DNA of 64,000 nucleotides from an uncultured delta proteobacterium (GTDB taxonomy: Bacteria; Desulfobacterota; Binatia; UBA9968): the NCBI GenBank assembly GCA_963727625.1, contig CAVSHR010000011.1, positions 192,001 to 256,000 on the forward strand, written 5' to 3'. Positions 50,118 through 58,677 of the stretch are shown in pieces. The position numbers and the translations under genes are program-made. How positions within the stretch are numbered: position 1 is the first letter of the stretch; each line of letters begins with the position of its first letter. Under the pieces are notes generated by a model. That model searched no databases. It had not been told where the DNA came from and saw nothing but the letters and a program-made list of their open reading frames with translations.

Positions 50118-51260
50118 ATGAATATTTTGTTCGTTGTGCCCTGGGACCAGGATACGGGAGGAGTCGCTTCTGTCGTCGGTAACCTAGGAAGATATTTGCA
50201 AGGCCGGCGGCATAGAATTGTCTATTTATTTCCCACCCAGTCCCGTTTTGTTCATTACAAGAAATCAAAATGGGGCTTTGATGGCGTCTATATGAAGTTG
50301 AGAGTGCCTTTTGTCGAAGGCAAGCCGATACAAAGTCTGTTGGGCTTTCTGTTGTTTTTACCCCTCACAATCTTCCGTCTTACCCGTTTAATCCAAAGAT
50401 TGAAGATCAATGTAGTAAACATCCATTATCCCGGGGATGCTTTTCTATATTTCGTGTTGTTTCGCTACCTTTGCCGAGTCAAGATTATTGTGTCGGTTCA
50501 TGGCGCGGATCTATTTCCAGGTGGGAAGCCTCGGCCAAGATATTCATGGGCACTGCGGGTGCTATTGCATACGTCTAATGCGGTAATTGCGCCGTCTCAG
50601 GCTTTTCTGCGCGATGTCGTTGCAATATTGCCAGGACTTGGCGGAAAAGCTCGGTACATTTATAACGGAATTAGTCTAGCGGAATTCAGTAAGTATCAGG
50701 AGTGCGGCCGTGATGGATTAAGACAAAAATATATCCTATGTATCGCGGCGCACAACGAAAAGAAAGGAGTGGATGTTCTTATTAGAGCATTTGCGCTCCT
50801 AAGAAATGAGGGTGCTGCCTTGGCGCTCAAACTGGTTGGTGATGGGGAGTTGACCGGGGAATTACAGGCTCTCGCGGGATGTTTGCAGATCGGTGATCAG
50901 GTTGAGTTCTTGGGCGAAAGGAATCGATCCGATGTGATCAAACTTCTCAAGGACTGTGAAGTGTTTGTTTTGCCCTCTCGATCGGAGCCCTTCGGTATCG
51001 TTGTAGTTGAAGCGATGGCTTGCAAGAAGCCGGTCGTCGCCTCTGCGGTCGGCGGTATTCCGGAGATTATCCGCGACGGCATTGATGGGCTTTTAGTTGA
51101 GCCGGACAATCCAACGGGTCTTGCCCAGGCTTTGACGAGTCTACTTGAAAACAGTGAATTTCGTCAGGTCATAGCGGAAAGCGGCTACAACACCGCGCGA
51201 AACCGCTTTAGCTCTGAGATGATGGGGTCAGCATATGAGCAAATGGTTGCCAGTCTCTAG
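50118..51260 (+). CDS. Glycosyltransferase family 4
   Basis: HGAD, KGVDVL, EPFGIVVVEAMAC. Confidence 0.9.
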   Translation: MNILFVVPWDQDTGGVASVVGNLGRYLQGRRHRIVYLFPTQSRFVHYKKSKWGFDGVYMKLRVPFVEGKPIQSLLGFLLFLPLTIFRLTRLIQRLKINVVNIHYPGDAFLYFVLFRYLCRVKIIVSVHGADLFPGGKPRPRYSWALRVLLHTSNAVIAPSQAFLRDVVAILPGLGGKARYIYNGISLAEFSKYQECGRDGLRQKYILCIAAHNEKKGVDVLIRAFALLRNEGAALALKLVGDGELTGELQALAGCLQIGDQVEFLGERNRSDVIKLLKDCEVFVLPSRSEPFGIVVVEAMACKKPVVASAVGGIPEIIRDGIDGLLVEPDNPTGLAQALTSLLENSEFRQVIAESGYNTARNRFSSEMMGSAYEQMVASL

Positions 51261-51470
51261 TGTGGGATTTGTAGCGGGACAGTAAGTTATTGGTAAATGT
51301 TTTGAGATTTTAAAGATGAATTTCAGGATTCGAGCAACACGATTAGTCCAACAAACCAAGTGGCGATAAATTTAGACCATAAATCACCGCCAGGCGAGTC
51401 CGGATTCTAGTTGCCTTTGCTTTGTTAAGCAAAATCGCTCGATGTGAAGTTCTAGGCGGTTTGCATTTGA

Positions 51471-52760
51471 ATGAGTTCTCCCTGTCAGTTGAGAAGCGAA
51501 CCAATTGTAGGAAAGCTTCCGATGATCAAAATCGTCGAGCGCTTCGGCACACCGCTTTTTGTATATGATAGTGCAATCCTCGAGCTGAAGTGGAACCTGT
51601 TACGCAAAACATATCCATCTGAATTCGCCATTAGTTATTCTGTTAAGGCCAATCCAAATCCCGCCATCATTCGCTTTTTCCTTTCGCTGGGCTGCGGCGT
51701 TGAGATTGCCTCAGGGGGAGAATTTTTCTTGGCTCTGAAGGCGGATTGTCCAGCTCAAAATATCCTATTCGCCGGGCCGGGAAAAACTGAAGAGGAGCTC
51801 GAGTACGTTCTCGCCAATGACATTGGCGAGATCCATTCAGAATCGTTGCTAGAAGTTGAACGAATCAGCGCCATCAGCCGGAAGTTGGGTCTGCGTGCAC
51901 GAGTTGCTCTTCGTATCAACCCAAGTGAAGAAGTTCAGGGTGGAGCAATGCGCATGGGCGGAAAGCCGGTGCAGTTCGGTATTGACGAGGAAATTGTGGA
52001 AGCTGCGATCGACCGAGTGACCAGCGATTCGGCCTTCGAATTCCGGGGATTGCACCTGTTTTCCGGCACGCAAATTTTGGATCATGCGGTTTTGATCCGA
52101 CAGTATCGCAAAGGGATAGAGCTTGGGCTGAAGACAGCGAAAAAAATCGGTCGACCGATTCATACTTTAGATTTTGGCGGTGGTCTCGGCATCCCGTATT
52201 TTCCGAACGAAACACCGCTGGACATGGATGCCTTGCGCGATGGACTTTCCGAATTGATGACGGAGGTCAGGCGAGAGCCGCTATTCTCGGGGACGAGGTT
52301 CATGCTGGAGCCGGGCCGGTATCTGGTCGGTGAAGCGGGGATCTATGTCACACGTGTCATCGATAAAAAGGTATCCCGGGGTAAAACTTATCTGATTGTC
52401 GACGGTGGCATGAACCATCATCTGGCGGCGTCCGGCAATCTCGGACAGGTGATCAAACGGAATTTTCCCGTCGCCATCATTGATAAGCCAACCGGAGGCT
52501 GCACGGAAAAAGTCGATGTTGTCGGGCCTCTCTGTACCCCGCTTGATGTTCTCGCGAGAGATGTGGATCTGCCTAAAGCGGAGGTCGGCGATCTGGTCGC
52601 CGTGTTGCAATCCGGAGCGTACGCGCGCACGGCAAGTCCTCTGGATTTCTTGAGTCATCCGCACCCGGCGGAGGTTTTGGTTTTCAACGGCCAAGTGGAA
52701 CTGATACGGCGCCGGGGCACTTACGAAGACTTGCTCCGGGATATCCCGCAGAATTTCTAG
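51471..52760 (+). CDS. PLP-dependent decarboxylase (LysA-like, exosortase A-associated type)
   Basis: YSVKANP, GPGK, DFGGGLG, EPGRYLV, DGGMNHHL, GPLCTPLD. Confidence 0.88.
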   Translation: MSSPCQLRSEPIVGKLPMIKIVERFGTPLFVYDSAILELKWNLLRKTYPSEFAISYSVKANPNPAIIRFFLSLGCGVEIASGGEFFLALKADCPAQNILFAGPGKTEEELEYVLANDIGEIHSESLLEVERISAISRKLGLRARVALRINPSEEVQGGAMRMGGKPVQFGIDEEIVEAAIDRVTSDSAFEFRGLHLFSGTQILDHAVLIRQYRKGIELGLKTAKKIGRPIHTLDFGGGLGIPYFPNETPLDMDALRDGLSELMTEVRREPLFSGTRFMLEPGRYLVGEAGIYVTRVIDKKVSRGKTYLIVDGGMNHHLAASGNLGQVIKRNFPVAIIDKPTGGCTEKVDVVGPLCTPLDVLARDVDLPKAEVGDLVAVLQSGAYARTASPLDFLSHPHPAEVLVFNGQVELIRRRGTYEDLLRDIPQNF

Positions 52761-52785
52761 AAATCGATGGGCGAACAATTCTTAC

Positions 52786-52815
52786 TGCCGAAGGACCCGC
52801 TGCTTTCCTTCGGCA
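52786..52815. other. Intergenic perfect 10-bp stem-loop
   Basis: tgccgaagga (52786-52795) / tccttcggca (52806-52815); no U-tract. Confidence 0.45.
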
Positions 52816-52859
52816 TGCTCTTGCCTTCTTCCAGACGCCGGGAGAAGCCGTTATAACCG

Positions 52860-54107
52860 ATGCCGAAAATTTTGATGGTAGCCTTCCATTACCCGCCGTT
52901 TCGGGGTGGTAGTGGGGTTCATCGCACTCTGAAGTTTTCCCATTATCTGCCCCAGTACGGTTGGTTGCCGATGGTTCTTAGCGCGCATCCGCGCGCTTAT
53001 CCGCAAGTGGGAGAGGAGCAAATCCAACAAATACCGAGCGACGTAGTGGTGGAGAGGGCGTTTGCTTTGGACGCGTCCAGGCATCTTGCGATCGGCGGTC
53101 GCTATACGAGATTGACAGCGTTGCCAGACCCTTGGAGCAGCTGGTGGTTGGGGGCTGTGTGGGCGGGTTTGAAGTTGATCCATCGCCATCGGCCGGCCGT
53201 CCTTTGGTCGACTTACCCCATTGCCACTGCGCATCTGATCGGGCTCACGCTGCATCGATTGAGCGGTATTCCGTGGGTGGCCGATTTTCGAGACTCCATG
53301 ACCGAAGCAAATTATCCCCGAGACTACTGGTCGCGCCGAAGTTATCTTTGGATTGAAAAACAAGCGGTTCGATACGCATCCCGTCTGATTTTCACAGCGC
53401 CGTCGACGCTGGAAATGTATCTTCAACGGTATCCCGCGCTGACGGCTGACCGCTGTCTCCTGATACCCAACGGTTACGACGAAGAAGATTTTACGGATAT
53501 TGAAGCTGGAAGGACCGGGGCGACGACAAAGGATCGGCCGATCCGACTGCTGCACGCCGGTCTGATCTATACCGATGATCGGGATCCGCGGGCATTTTTT
53601 CGCGCCCTTTCCCGGTTGAAAAAAAACGGTGCGATCGATAGCCGTGTGCTGACTATCGATCTGCGAGCGAGCGGCTCCGAGGCCTATTACACCGATCTGC
53701 TGAGGCAACTGGGTATCTGCGATTTGGTTCGGCTCTTGCCTGCACTATCCCATCGACAGGCTTTGCAGGATTGCGCGGATGCAGACGGTTTTTTGTTGTT
53801 TCAAGCGGCTTCCTGCAATCACCAGATCCCTGCGAAGGTTTATGAATATTTGTATCTGGGCAAGCCGATCCTCGCCTTAACCCCGCCGGAAGGGGATACC
53901 GGTCGCGTCCTCGGGGAGGTCGGCGGTGCGACCATCGTCGACCTGGCGGATGAAGAAGGAATCTATCGGGTCCTGGGGAGCTTTGTCGAAGCTTTGCGCG
54001 CGGGCCGCCACGCGCTGCCCGACGCCGAGCAAGTAATGCGATTCTCGCGAAAATATTACGCCAAGCAGCTCGCGGAATGTTTGTCGGAACTGGCCAAAGC
54101 TCATTAG
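52860..54107 (+). CDS. Glycosyltransferase family 4
   Basis: FHYPP..GSGVHR, WVADFRD, IPNGYDE, IPAKVYEYL. Confidence 0.87.
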   Translation: MPKILMVAFHYPPFRGGSGVHRTLKFSHYLPQYGWLPMVLSAHPRAYPQVGEEQIQQIPSDVVVERAFALDASRHLAIGGRYTRLTALPDPWSSWWLGAVWAGLKLIHRHRPAVLWSTYPIATAHLIGLTLHRLSGIPWVADFRDSMTEANYPRDYWSRRSYLWIEKQAVRYASRLIFTAPSTLEMYLQRYPALTADRCLLIPNGYDEEDFTDIEAGRTGATTKDRPIRLLHAGLIYTDDRDPRAFFRALSRLKKNGAIDSRVLTIDLRASGSEAYYTDLLRQLGICDLVRLLPALSHRQALQDCADADGFLLFQAASCNHQIPAKVYEYLYLGKPILALTPPEGDTGRVLGEVGGATIVDLADEEGIYRVLGSFVEALRAGRHALPDAEQVMRFSRKYYAKQLAECLSELAKAH

Positions 54108-54119
54108 GGTGACCATTCC

Positions 54120-55469
54120 ATGAGAGATATTGTTGTCGTCGCGGCTGTGCTGATCGCGTCGATCATCGGCCTGGTTCGTCCCGTGGTCGGCTTCTATACC
54201 TTCGCCTTTTTGGGGTTTTTTAGCCCGCAAAGTTATACCTGGTCATTTGGGCAAACCGTGCCGCTGTCACAAATTGCCGCGATCGCCACGATCATCGGCA
54301 TGATTGTATCGCCCGAGCGCCGGTGGCTGTCGATCCAGCGGGAGACCCTCATTATCGTGGCGCTATGGGTGATGTTTGTCGTTTCATCCATGCTCGCCCT
54401 TTATCCGGATCTCGCGTTCGAACAGCTCATTTACGTCTCGAAAGTATTTTTGATGATCGTGGTCGGGACCATTCTGGTAAACAGCCAGGAGCGCCTCAAC
54501 ACACTGATCCGGATCATCGCCTATTCCATCGGGTTTTACGCATTAAAAGGGGGAATATCGGCGGTCGTCGGCGGCGGGAATTTTCTAGTCTATGGTCCGG
54601 AATTGAGTTTTCTATACGCAAACAATTCCATCGGCTTGGCCATGGCGATCAATCTCCCGCTGCTCCACTATCTGTACCAAATAGAGAAAAAAGCGCTTGT
54701 GCGAAAGCTCCTCGCCGCGATTATGTTGTTTTCGATCCCGGCAATCATCTTTACCTACTCCCGAGGAGCCTGGCTCGGCATGGTGGCGGCGCTTGCCTTG
54801 ATGTTTCTAAAGATGAAACAAAAGGCGTTGATCGTGAGTTTTGTCGGTTTGGTCGGAGTGATCGTCGCGGGCCTGTTCCCGCACATCGCGCCGGAGCGCC
54901 TGGTCACGCGCTACGATACTCTGGTGAACTATGAACAAGATGCATCGGCTGAGAGCCGTTTTTGGAACTGGGAGTTTTGCCGGCGCGTCGGCATGGGACG
55001 TCCGACCGGGGGCGGTTTTATGTTTGAATCCAACGCTACCTATCAAACTTACTATCCTGAGTTCTTAGAGCGCTGGCCTGGCAAGAATTGGACCTGTCAT
55101 AGCGTCTGGTTCTCCATGTTGGGGGACCACGGCGTGGGCGGTTTCTTGTTATGGATTCTGTTGATTTTGTCCTCTGTTAAGAGCCTGCGGCAACTGCGCA
55201 TCGAAGGACAAAAGCATCCCGAACTTTCATGGCTCAAACCCTTGGCGGAATCGATTAAAGCCGCGATGGTGGTCTATCTGATCGTTGGAACCTTCCTCGA
55301 TGCGGCTTATTTTGACCTGTTTTACTATTTGGTGGCGATCATCGTAATTGCCAAGGCAATCGTTCAATCCAGCCCGGTGCCGGAGATCGTTACCTCCACT
55401 ATGAATGCCGGTAGGAGTCGGGTTCGCGGCGAACCGGGACTCATTGCAGACCCATCGAGGCACGTTTAG
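54120..55469 (+). CDS. O-antigen ligase-like protein (putative O-glycosylation ligase, XrtA-associated)
   Basis: MRD N-terminus, many TM helices, TYSRGA, R..W, HS.WF..LGDHG. Confidence 0.85.
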   Translation: MRDIVVVAAVLIASIIGLVRPVVGFYTFAFLGFFSPQSYTWSFGQTVPLSQIAAIATIIGMIVSPERRWLSIQRETLIIVALWVMFVVSSMLALYPDLAFEQLIYVSKVFLMIVVGTILVNSQERLNTLIRIIAYSIGFYALKGGISAVVGGGNFLVYGPELSFLYANNSIGLAMAINLPLLHYLYQIEKKALVRKLLAAIMLFSIPAIIFTYSRGAWLGMVAALALMFLKMKQKALIVSFVGLVGVIVAGLFPHIAPERLVTRYDTLVNYEQDASAESRFWNWEFCRRVGMGRPTGGGFMFESNATYQTYYPEFLERWPGKNWTCHSVWFSMLGDHGVGGFLLWILLILSSVKSLRQLRIEGQKHPELSWLKPLAESIKAAMVVYLIVGTFLDAAYFDLFYYLVAIIVIAKAIVQSSPVPEIVTSTMNAGRSRVRGEPGLIADPSRHV

Positions 55470-55471
55470 CG

Positions 55472-57418
55472 ATGTGCGGTATTTACGGCATCTATGGCTC
55501 CGTGTCCGACCATGGTTGCGCTAAAACCCAGTTGGCCAAGATGGCCGGCGTAATGCGCCACCGCGGACCGGACGATCACGGTGAGTATATCAACCATCGG
55601 GTCATGCTCGGCATGCGCCGGCTCAGCATTATCGACCTCGAAGGCGGGCACCAGCCGATTGCCAACGAGGATGACTCCGTGCAGGTCGTGTGCAACGGCG
55701 AGATCTATAATTTCCGCGAGCTGCGCGCCGAGCTGGAGGCGAAAGGACATGTCTTTCGCACGAACTCCGACACGGAGGTCGTGGTTCACTTGTACGAGGA
55801 GGAGGGACTCGGGTTGTTCTTGCGGTTGCGCGGCATGTTTGCCATCGCCCTTTGGGACGAAACCCGATCGCGGCTGGTGCTGGGGCGCGACCGGCTGGGC
55901 AAAAAGCCGCTTTACATGGCCCGGGAGGCGGATCGAGTCCTATTCGCATCGGAGATTAAATCCATCCTTGAGGTCAGGCAGGCGGCGCGTCGGATCAATC
56001 CGCAGGCACTGCGCGAATACCTCGCGCTGGGTTACGTGCCGGCGCCGCTGACTTTGCTGGACGGAATTGAAAAACTCTTGCCGGGTTTTTATGCGGTGAT
56101 CGACGACGGCGGGGTTCGATGCGAGCAGTACTGGGAGGTTCCATTAGAAACCGAGGAGGCGGTTTCGGAGTCCGAATGGATCGAGCGAGTTCGGGAAAAA
56201 TTTCTTGAATCGGTGCGCATCCGTCTGATCAGCGACGTTCCGTTGGGCGCGTTTCTCAGCGGCGGTATCGACTCGAGCGCGATCGTCGCGGCCATGGCCC
56301 GTCTGACCGACCAGCCGGTTAAAACTTACTCCATCGGGTTTGAAGGCGCGGACAGTTTTTACAATGAACTGCCCTATGCGCGGATCGTCGCAAACGCCTT
56401 CAAGACAGATCATCATGAGATCATCGTCCGCCCGGAAATCGCCAACTTGCTGCCGTCCTTGATCTGGTATCTCGATGAGCCGATTGCCGATTCCGCATTT
56501 GTGACAACATACTTGGTTGCGCGACTGGCGAGCCGGAGCGTCAAGGTTATACTCTCTGGGGTTGGCGGCGACGAGCTGTTCGGCGGTTATAGGCGCTACC
56601 TGGGCGATTCGATCGCCGGTTACTACCGCATGCTGCCTGAGGCTTTGCGCAAGAAATGGCTGCCCGGGTTAGTTGCCGCGTTGCCCCAGGACCGCCACTC
56701 GAACATAAAAAACTATCTCCGATATGCCGACGCTTTTCTAAAGACCGCCGAAGGCGACTCGTCATCGCGGTATATGAGTTACGTGACGCTTTTCTCAGCC
56801 GACTTACAGAGCCATCTGCTGGACCGCGGCGTGAATGGAAATGGGGCGACGCACGTGGATGGCCTAGCCTCGGAGATCATGGGCCAATATTTCGACGACG
56901 GAAAGGCCTGCACGGGTTTAAATCGTTTAATCTATGTCGACTTGAAAACATCTCTGGCGGACGATCTGCTGGCCTTGACCGATAAGATGACCATGGCCGC
57001 ATCGATCGAGTGCCGCGCGCCGTTCATGGATCAGGAGTTGGTGGAGCTCGCGTCGGCCATGCCGGCCTCTTTCAAAGTGCATGGGCTAACCATGAAGTAC
57101 CTGCTTAAAAAGGCCGTCAGGCCGTGGTTGCCCAAGGAAATCATCAACCGGAAAAAAAGAGGCTTTGGCGCGCCGATGGGAGCGTGGTTTCGAAACGATC
57201 TCGGGCCACTTGTGAAAAGTCTTCTGTCTGAGGGTCAGGTCAAAAGGCGCGGGCTTTTTAACTGGAGCGCGGTCGAGGAGATCATTGGCCGGCATATGGC
57301 GCAGAAGAACGATTACACCGACCAGCTGCTGGCATTGGTGAATTTGGAACTCTGGTGCCGGATCTTTTTGGATGGCGCCGATCACCGCGACGTGGCCGCG
57401 GTCATGGGCAATCGATGA
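55472..57418 (+). CDS. asnB: Asparagine synthase (glutamine-hydrolysing) family amidotransferase
   Basis: MCGI, HRGPD, RRLSIID, LSGGIDSS, GGDELFGGY. Confidence 0.92.
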   Translation: MCGIYGIYGSVSDHGCAKTQLAKMAGVMRHRGPDDHGEYINHRVMLGMRRLSIIDLEGGHQPIANEDDSVQVVCNGEIYNFRELRAELEAKGHVFRTNSDTEVVVHLYEEEGLGLFLRLRGMFAIALWDETRSRLVLGRDRLGKKPLYMAREADRVLFASEIKSILEVRQAARRINPQALREYLALGYVPAPLTLLDGIEKLLPGFYAVIDDGGVRCEQYWEVPLETEEAVSESEWIERVREKFLESVRIRLISDVPLGAFLSGGIDSSAIVAAMARLTDQPVKTYSIGFEGADSFYNELPYARIVANAFKTDHHEIIVRPEIANLLPSLIWYLDEPIADSAFVTTYLVARLASRSVKVILSGVGGDELFGGYRRYLGDSIAGYYRMLPEALRKKWLPGLVAALPQDRHSNIKNYLRYADAFLKTAEGDSSSRYMSYVTLFSADLQSHLLDRGVNGNGATHVDGLASEIMGQYFDDGKACTGLNRLIYVDLKTSLADDLLALTDKMTMAASIECRAPFMDQELVELASAMPASFKVHGLTMKYLLKKAVRPWLPKEIINRKKRGFGAPMGAWFRNDLGPLVKSLLSEGQVKRRGLFNWSAVEEIIGRHMAQKNDYTDQLLALVNLELWCRIFLDGADHRDVAAVMGNR

Positions 57419-57425
57419 GCAGGGG

Positions 57426-58619
57426 ATGAAAATCCTGTTTGTCTGCCATCGGCTGCCCTATCCGCCCAACCGAGGCGGTAAGATTCGCCCTTTCAACATG
57501 ATTCGCCACTTGAGCCGGCGGCATTCGGTGACGGTGGCGAGCCTGGCGCATACCGAGGAAGAGCTCACGCAGGGCGCTGGGCTCAGAGAATATTGTGCCG
57601 AGGTCATGGCGGAGATCCTTCCGGATCGCACGCGTTGGTGGCAGGCGGTTAAGGCGCTACCCACGTCGATGCCGTCCTCCGTTGCTTACTTTTTTTCCGA
57701 TCGCTTGAATCAGCGGATCAAGGCGAAACTTGCAAGCGAAAACTTTGATTTGATTTTCGTTCACTGCGCCTTCGTCGCGCAATATGTTCTCGATTGGGAC
57801 AGCACCCGTCGCATCATCGATTTCGGCGACCTCGACTCGGGGAAGTGGGCGGAGTATTCGCGCACGAGAGCTTTTCCGCTGTCCCTCGGCTATGCCATAG
57901 AAGCGCGCAAGCTGCGTCGGTACGAGGCCGCAGTGGCTCGCGCGTTTAGTGCCTGCTCGGTCACGACTCGCGGTGAAATGGACGAGTTCCATACGCTTGA
58001 TGCCGGCGTGCCCTGCACTCTCATCCCTAACGGCGTGGACACGAACTATTTCTCGTTGAACGGTGCGCGCAAAGAGGAAGGCCCGGTAATCGCCTTCCTT
58101 GGCCGAATGGATTATTTCCCCAATATCGATGGCGTCAGCTATTTCGTCGAGCAAATCTGGCCGATCATTCAGCGGAAAAGGCCGGACGCTCGCTTTCGCA
58201 TCATCGGCTCGAATCCCGCCAGTAAAGTTCGCGGCCTCGCCGAAATCCATGGTATCTCGGTCACAGGCTATGTGGCGGATGTCAGGCCCCATCTTGCAGG
58301 CGTGATGATGTCCGTGGCGCCGTTGAGAATTGCGCGCGGAACGCAAAATAAGGTGTTGGAATCGATGGCGATGGGCGTCCCGGTTGTTACCACGTCCCAG
58401 GCGGCAAAGGGGATAGAAGCGATTACCGGAAAACACCTGCTGGTCGCGGACGACCCGGAAGGGTTTGCCGCGCAAGTCGTCGCGCTTATGGACAATCCAC
58501 GATGGCGGCACGAATTGTCGGAAGCCGGGCGCCGCCAAGTGGAAGCGGCCCACGTGTGGTCAGCGTCTATGAAGATTCTAGACGGTCTTGTGACAGACAG
58601 CAGCATTCGGCGCGGCTGA
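57426..58619 (+). CDS. Glycosyltransferase, PEP-CTERM/XrtA-system type
   Basis: HRLPYPPNRGGKIR, DSGKW, GRMDYFPN, ARGTQNKVLESMA. Confidence 0.9.
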   Translation: MKILFVCHRLPYPPNRGGKIRPFNMIRHLSRRHSVTVASLAHTEEELTQGAGLREYCAEVMAEILPDRTRWWQAVKALPTSMPSSVAYFFSDRLNQRIKAKLASENFDLIFVHCAFVAQYVLDWDSTRRIIDFGDLDSGKWAEYSRTRAFPLSLGYAIEARKLRRYEAAVARAFSACSVTTRGEMDEFHTLDAGVPCTLIPNGVDTNYFSLNGARKEEGPVIAFLGRMDYFPNIDGVSYFVEQIWPIIQRKRPDARFRIIGSNPASKVRGLAEIHGISVTGYVADVRPHLAGVMMSVAPLRIARGTQNKVLESMAMGVPVVTTSQAAKGIEAITGKHLLVADDPEGFAAQVVALMDNPRWRHELSEAGRRQVEAAHVWSASMKILDGLVTDSSIRRG

Positions 58620-58677
58620 TAACAGTTAAAGGTTAGAGGCGACGTATCTTTCTAGAATAATATCGAGACGGAATTTT

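Noticed and set aside
52851-58553. Long antisense ORFs (52851-53708, 57657-58553)
   Set aside because: Shadow ORFs opposite well-supported glycosyltransferases in GC-rich DNA
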